In this document: one piece after another, positions 17,683 to 21,135 of the stretch | How the letters are laid out: each line of letters starts with the position of its first letter | Numbering within the stretch: the stretch's first letter is position 1 | Origin: Chthoniobacteraceae bacterium | GTDB taxonomy: Bacteria > Verrucomicrobiota > Verrucomicrobiia > Chthoniobacterales > Chthoniobacteraceae | Direction of reading: 5' to 3' | Length of the DNA: 21,135 nucleotides | Assembly (NCBI GenBank): GCA_031409655.1 | Contig: JANNXQ010000137.1 | Location: forward strand, 1-21,135 | Position numbers and translations under genes: made by a program | The notes under the pieces: generated by a model | What the model was told of the DNA's origin: nothing | Seen by the model: the letters and a program-made list of their open reading frames with translations, nothing else | Databases searched by the model: none

Positions 17683-17745
17683 ATGACGAGCCCGAGCGCG
17701 TGGTGGGCGGCGACGGTGTCGCCGCAGTTTCTGCGCAGCGCGAGC
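17681..17745 (-). pseudogene. 65-bp fragment homologous to the MMPL gene at 20712-20776
   Basis: Ungapped 51/65 nt identity by hand count. [21 protein letters not shown] versus LALRRNGGDTAEAHRSLGLVI (16/21 aa). Confidence 0.75.
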
Positions 17746-17998
17746 CGCCGCGGGATGCAGCGTCTGACCACTCCAACGGGCGACGATGCTGGCCCAACAC
17801 AAGGTCGCGAATCGCCAAGGCGCGGTCGGCGCGGATTGCACGTAGCGGCCCAGACTACCGATGAGGGGAGCACCCTTTCCCATGAAAAAGCCCAGAGAGT
17901 TGAAAGTCGGAAGCACCATCCCCGGTATGCGGTCGGTCAAAGGCGAGCCAGTGCCTGGTGAGAGCCACGCGGCCTGCCGCCCGCGCGGGAGGGTGGGC

Positions 17999-19348
17999 TT
18001 ACTGGGTGACTTTGAGTCGGACGAACTGTTTCGCTCCCGACGCGGGAATGGTGACGATCACTTGGTCCTTCAGGCTTCCCGGGGTGATGGTCACAGAAGC
18101 ACTCCTGCCCGCGATCACGGGGATGGCGGTCCAGTTGACCTGATCGGTGCCGTATTCCACCAGGTGAGCGATGGAGGAACGCGAAGCCGCACTGCGCTCG
18201 TAAGCGAAGACCCATTTGCCGCCACTAAAGGTCAGCGTGGGGAGAACCGACCGCGAAGGCGTCAGTGGAGCGCCACCGAGGGTGAACTCCAGCAAGTTTC
18301 CGACACCGTCGAGTTCGGGATCATCCAGTGGGCCGTCGTTCGTGCCGGAGGTGAGGCCGTGCTCGGGTTTGGACACCCAGGCGCGGTAGGGAGAAGGGGC
18401 CGCGAGGAAGGGGACGACACTCGCGACTCGGAACCCGAGGTGTTCGTAGGCGCCCATGGGGGCTGCGGGAACACGGATGTCGGCCCGGAGGAAAATCCAG
18501 GAGCTATCCACGTCGCCCCCACGATACCCGCGATTCTCGGTCGCGGAATCATTCGATCCATCAAAAGCACTCTCAAACCACTCCCACATGCACCCATTTT
18601 GGCCGAATGTGCCATAAGGATTCGCCCCTCCGACCATCGTTGCCGCACTTGGGATCAAATCATCGAACGTTGGGGTAAAATCTTGCACGAAGACGGCGTC
18701 GTACACCGGATCCCCAGGGAAATTCTTGCCATTAGGGACTTCGTTGCTTCCCACCGCGTAGGCCCAATAGTTCGCCGTTGGCCCATCGTTCTTATGATAG
18801 GCGGCCTTGCACCACTCGTCCTCGCTCGGCAGGAAGTAATACGCGTCCTTGTGCCGGTAAAGGTTCTCCCCGCCCGCCTGCCACGCCTCGCCGCTGCTCC
18901 ATAAGTTCATCCCTGTCACCTTGCCGTTGACGTCGGCGGTCAGATTGTAGGCGGCTTGCCGTCCCGTGCTCGTGTTCAGCCAGTTCACAAACTTCGCCCC
19001 ATCGAACCACTTGATGGTGGCGGTGGGTTGGATGCCAGTCCACGGCCCCGATTCCACGGGCGACATCCCTGAAGCCGTCGCTTTGTCGATTACTTCCTGA
19101 GAGGTCTCGAAGGTCGCGATCCGAAACTCGTAGGCCACGCTGCCGCGGGGAGGGGAGTCGACGCCGCCCTCGGGGCCGGGGTGATTTCCGTTTCCGGGAT
19201 TGCCGATGTGGGCGAAGTCGATGTTGAAGACGTTTTCCCCGCTCCCAAAACGGTCCGTGGTGATCGCGATGGACCCAGCCTGCGTGACGCCGACCGCAAG
19301 CCCGCTGAAGCACAGAGCGGCGAGAGTAGCCTTGAGGGTCGTTTTCAT
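17999..19348 (-). CDS. Secreted FGE-sulfatase (SUMF1-fold) domain protein with a ~100-aa C-terminal tail domain
   Basis: Signal peptide MKTTLKATLAALCFSGLAVGVTQA; IGNPGN, FVNWLN, LPSEDEWCKAAY, YGTFGQNG.MWEW, RGG, GFRVAS; tail DGVGNLLEFTLG...FVRLKVTQ. Confidence 0.85.
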   Translation of the reverse strand: MKTTLKATLAALCFSGLAVGVTQAGSIAITTDRFGSGENVFNIDFAHIGNPGNGNHPGPEGGVDSPPRGSVAYEFRIATFETSQEVIDKATASGMSPVESGPWTGIQPTATIKWFDGAKFVNWLNTSTGRQAAYNLTADVNGKVTGMNLWSSGEAWQAGGENLYRHKDAYYFLPSEDEWCKAAYHKNDGPTANYWAYAVGSNEVPNGKNFPGDPVYDAVFVQDFTPTFDDLIPSAATMVGGANPYGTFGQNGCMWEWFESAFDGSNDSATENRGYRGGDVDSSWIFLRADIRVPAAPMGAYEHLGFRVASVVPFLAAPSPYRAWVSKPEHGLTSGTNDGPLDDPELDGVGNLLEFTLGGAPLTPSRSVLPTLTFSGGKWVFAYERSAASRSSIAHLVEYGTDQVNWTAIPVIAGRSASVTITPGSLKDQVIVTIPASGAKQFVRLKVTQ

Positions 19349-19639
19349 TTTGAGTTGGAGATCGTAGTTTTGTGCAGCTTGGCTAATTCCACTTCTTCCG
19401 CCCATCGCTTCCGCAAAATGGGCGGCAACTGGTTCCGCCCCACGTCGGACAATGGACGCACGGCGCTTGCAGGAGGAGAAAGAGCAGCGGCCAAGGTGAG
19501 TGCAGAACCTGGTCGGCTCTTGCCTAGGTTCAGCCTCCGCTTGCTGCCAGGTCACTGTCCAGTGCAACGCTTACTAAAGATGGTGAAAACTGGCGATAAA
19601 TTTCGCCACGATGACCGATCCGCACCACGAGCACGGCAT

Positions 19640-19770
19640 CTGATAGACGATGAAGGAATCCCGACGCTGACCGTCAACGATGCGGTGCTTGCCCCGTCAG
19701 CTCTCCTCGAGGGAAATTAGCCGGACGGTGGAATCATCGAAGTTGTAGTAGAGCGCCACTTGCGCCCCTT
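19640..19770. pseudogene. Short remnants of surface-protein domains (Calx-beta-like on +, LamG-like on -)
   Basis: + strand 19640-19720: LIDDEGIPTLTVNDAVL...EGN*. - strand ~19720-19770: GAQVALYYNFDDSTV. Confidence 0.4.
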
Positions 19771-19807
19771 CAATCGGGAAATAAAGGACCAGGTAACATG
19801 AGAGCGA

Positions 19808-20439
19808 CATGAGAGCGTCTCGGCGCTGTGCGCGGGCGGCAAGGTGGTTGCGTGGGGAGACAACAGTTATGGCCAACTGGGGAATTCCGGTGCGGTGGGG
19901 CAAAGCGATCTGCAGGTGGCGGTGGTCATGCCGGGTTTGTCCGGACGGCACGGTGAAGGCGTGGGGTTACAACAGCAGTGGTCAGATGGCTAACGGTAGC
20001 ACGGCGGATAGCAACGTGCCGGTGCCAGTGAGCACTATGTAGCAGCGACCAGCGGCTCGACCGCAGCCCACAACCCGTGGCGCGACGAGTGGGGCATGTC
20101 CGCAGGCAACTCCGGCCCGACGGAGGGCTACGACCCCACGATGGTCTCGCGAATCTCCTCGAATACGGCCTCGGCCTGATCCCGACACATGGGGGTTCCT
20201 TGCAGCCCCCGCAACCGGCGTTCGGCATCGACGCCTTCTATGGCAGGTTCATGGTCATCAGCTTTACGCAGCCCGAGGAGGTGACCGGCATCACTCATGA
20301 CGCGGACTGGACGCCGACGATGGCCGCTGGAAGCTGGGTGCCGGTGCCGGACACCGGTAGTGGCGGCTTTCACGTCTTCTTCGTGCCGCTCGGCGCGGAG
20401 CCGAAGGGCTTTATGCGGCTGAAAGTGACGAGCCCGTGA
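19808..20439 (+). pseudogene. Decayed RCC1-repeat surface protein with the same type of C-terminal tail
   Basis: ALCAGGKVVAWGDNSYGQLGN, frameshift, CPDGTVKAWGYNSSGQMANGSTADSNVPV*, shift, SGSTAAHNPWRDEWG..NSGPTEGYD, shift, HDGLANLLEYGLGL...GFMRLKVTSP*. Confidence 0.8.
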
Positions 20440-20532
20440 GCGCTCTGGCTCCAACGCACGGGTGGCCGGAGCCGACGTGCGCCTTCATCGGCACGCGCAG
20501 GAGATGCGCACCACGACGATACGCCGGCCAGG

Positions 20533-21135
20533 CTATCCGGATCTCGCTGCGCCCCGGTGCAGCCAGGCGCGGGCGGGCGGCAGCAGGAAGACGGAGACCA
20601 CGGCGTCGATGGCGAGCCCGAGCGCGCACGTTTGGCCGAGGCTGGCGAGGCCCACATTATTCGCCCAGCCGAGCGTCGCAAATCCGCAGGCGCTCGAGGT
20701 GGCGCAGAGAAAGATGACGAGTCCGAGCGAGCGGTGCGCCTCCGCGGTGTCGCCGCCATTTCGCCGCAAGGCGAGCAGGAGCAGGATGCTGTAGTCCGTG
20801 CCGGTGCCGATGAGGAGAAGGATCGCGGCGAGGTTGAAGAGATTCCACGTCATCCCGAGGAGTGACATCGTGCCGGCGAGCGCAGCAAAGACGACGGCCG
20901 TGGTGGCGAAGAAAAGCACCACGTCTTTGAAACTGCGAAAGGCCACCCAAAGGATGACGAGGAGGATGGCGAACAGACCCACGATGACGCGCGCAAATTC
21001 CGCCGGGATCACGCTCTGAAGCTCGTGCCCGAGCTGCTTCCAACTCACCAGATAGACGCCTTCCGCTTCCACGGCTTTGGCGAGTTCCGTCTCGCGACCG
21101 GCGACGGGCTGCACGATGCCGAGCGCGAGAAATTC
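20533..21135 (-). CDS. MMPL/RND-family membrane transporter, C-terminal part (5' end outside the window)
   Basis: TM array with FRS, NLFN..AILLLIGTGTDYSI, ATS..GFATL, LASLG; frame open to the window edge. Confidence 0.85.
   Translation of the reverse strand, partial: EFLALGIVQPVAGRETELAKAVEAEGVYLVSWKQLGHELQSVIPAEFARVIVGLFAILLVILWVAFRSFKDVVLFFATTAVVFAALAGTMSLLGMTWNLFNLAAILLLIGTGTDYSILLLLALRRNGGDTAEAHRSLGLVIFLCATSSACGFATLGWANNVGLASLGQTCALGLAIDAVVSVFLLPPARAWLHRGAARSG

Overview
High-GC bacterial DNA; gene content and surface-protein tails suggest Verrucomicrobia/PVC (inference). From left to right: a rhamnulokinase-like gene and a tandem class II aldolase; a SAM-I riboswitch operon (threonine-synthase-like PLP enzyme, ubiquitin-fold sulfur carrier, NIL protein); PBP1A, a CruF-like membrane protein and a delta-9 desaturase; a DEAD-box helicase; a glycosyltransferase, a membrane protein, queG and aroK; a sigma54-driven small protein; an FkbM-like methyltransferase; a B12-binding radical SAM enzyme; a secreted FGE-sulfatase-domain protein; decayed surface-protein fragments; and the 3' part of an MMPL transporter. 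The most unusual signal is three ~90-105 bp hairpin elements built as (7-mer)n-loop-(reverse-complement 7-mer)n. One sits inside the riboswitch P3 stem, one in an operon spacer and one in frame inside queG. Also notable: a second REP-like palindrome family, a Thr in place of the PBP1A catalytic Ser, and an orphan 65-bp MMPL-homologous fragment bounding a small accessory region. All calls come from manual motif reading; no database searches were run.
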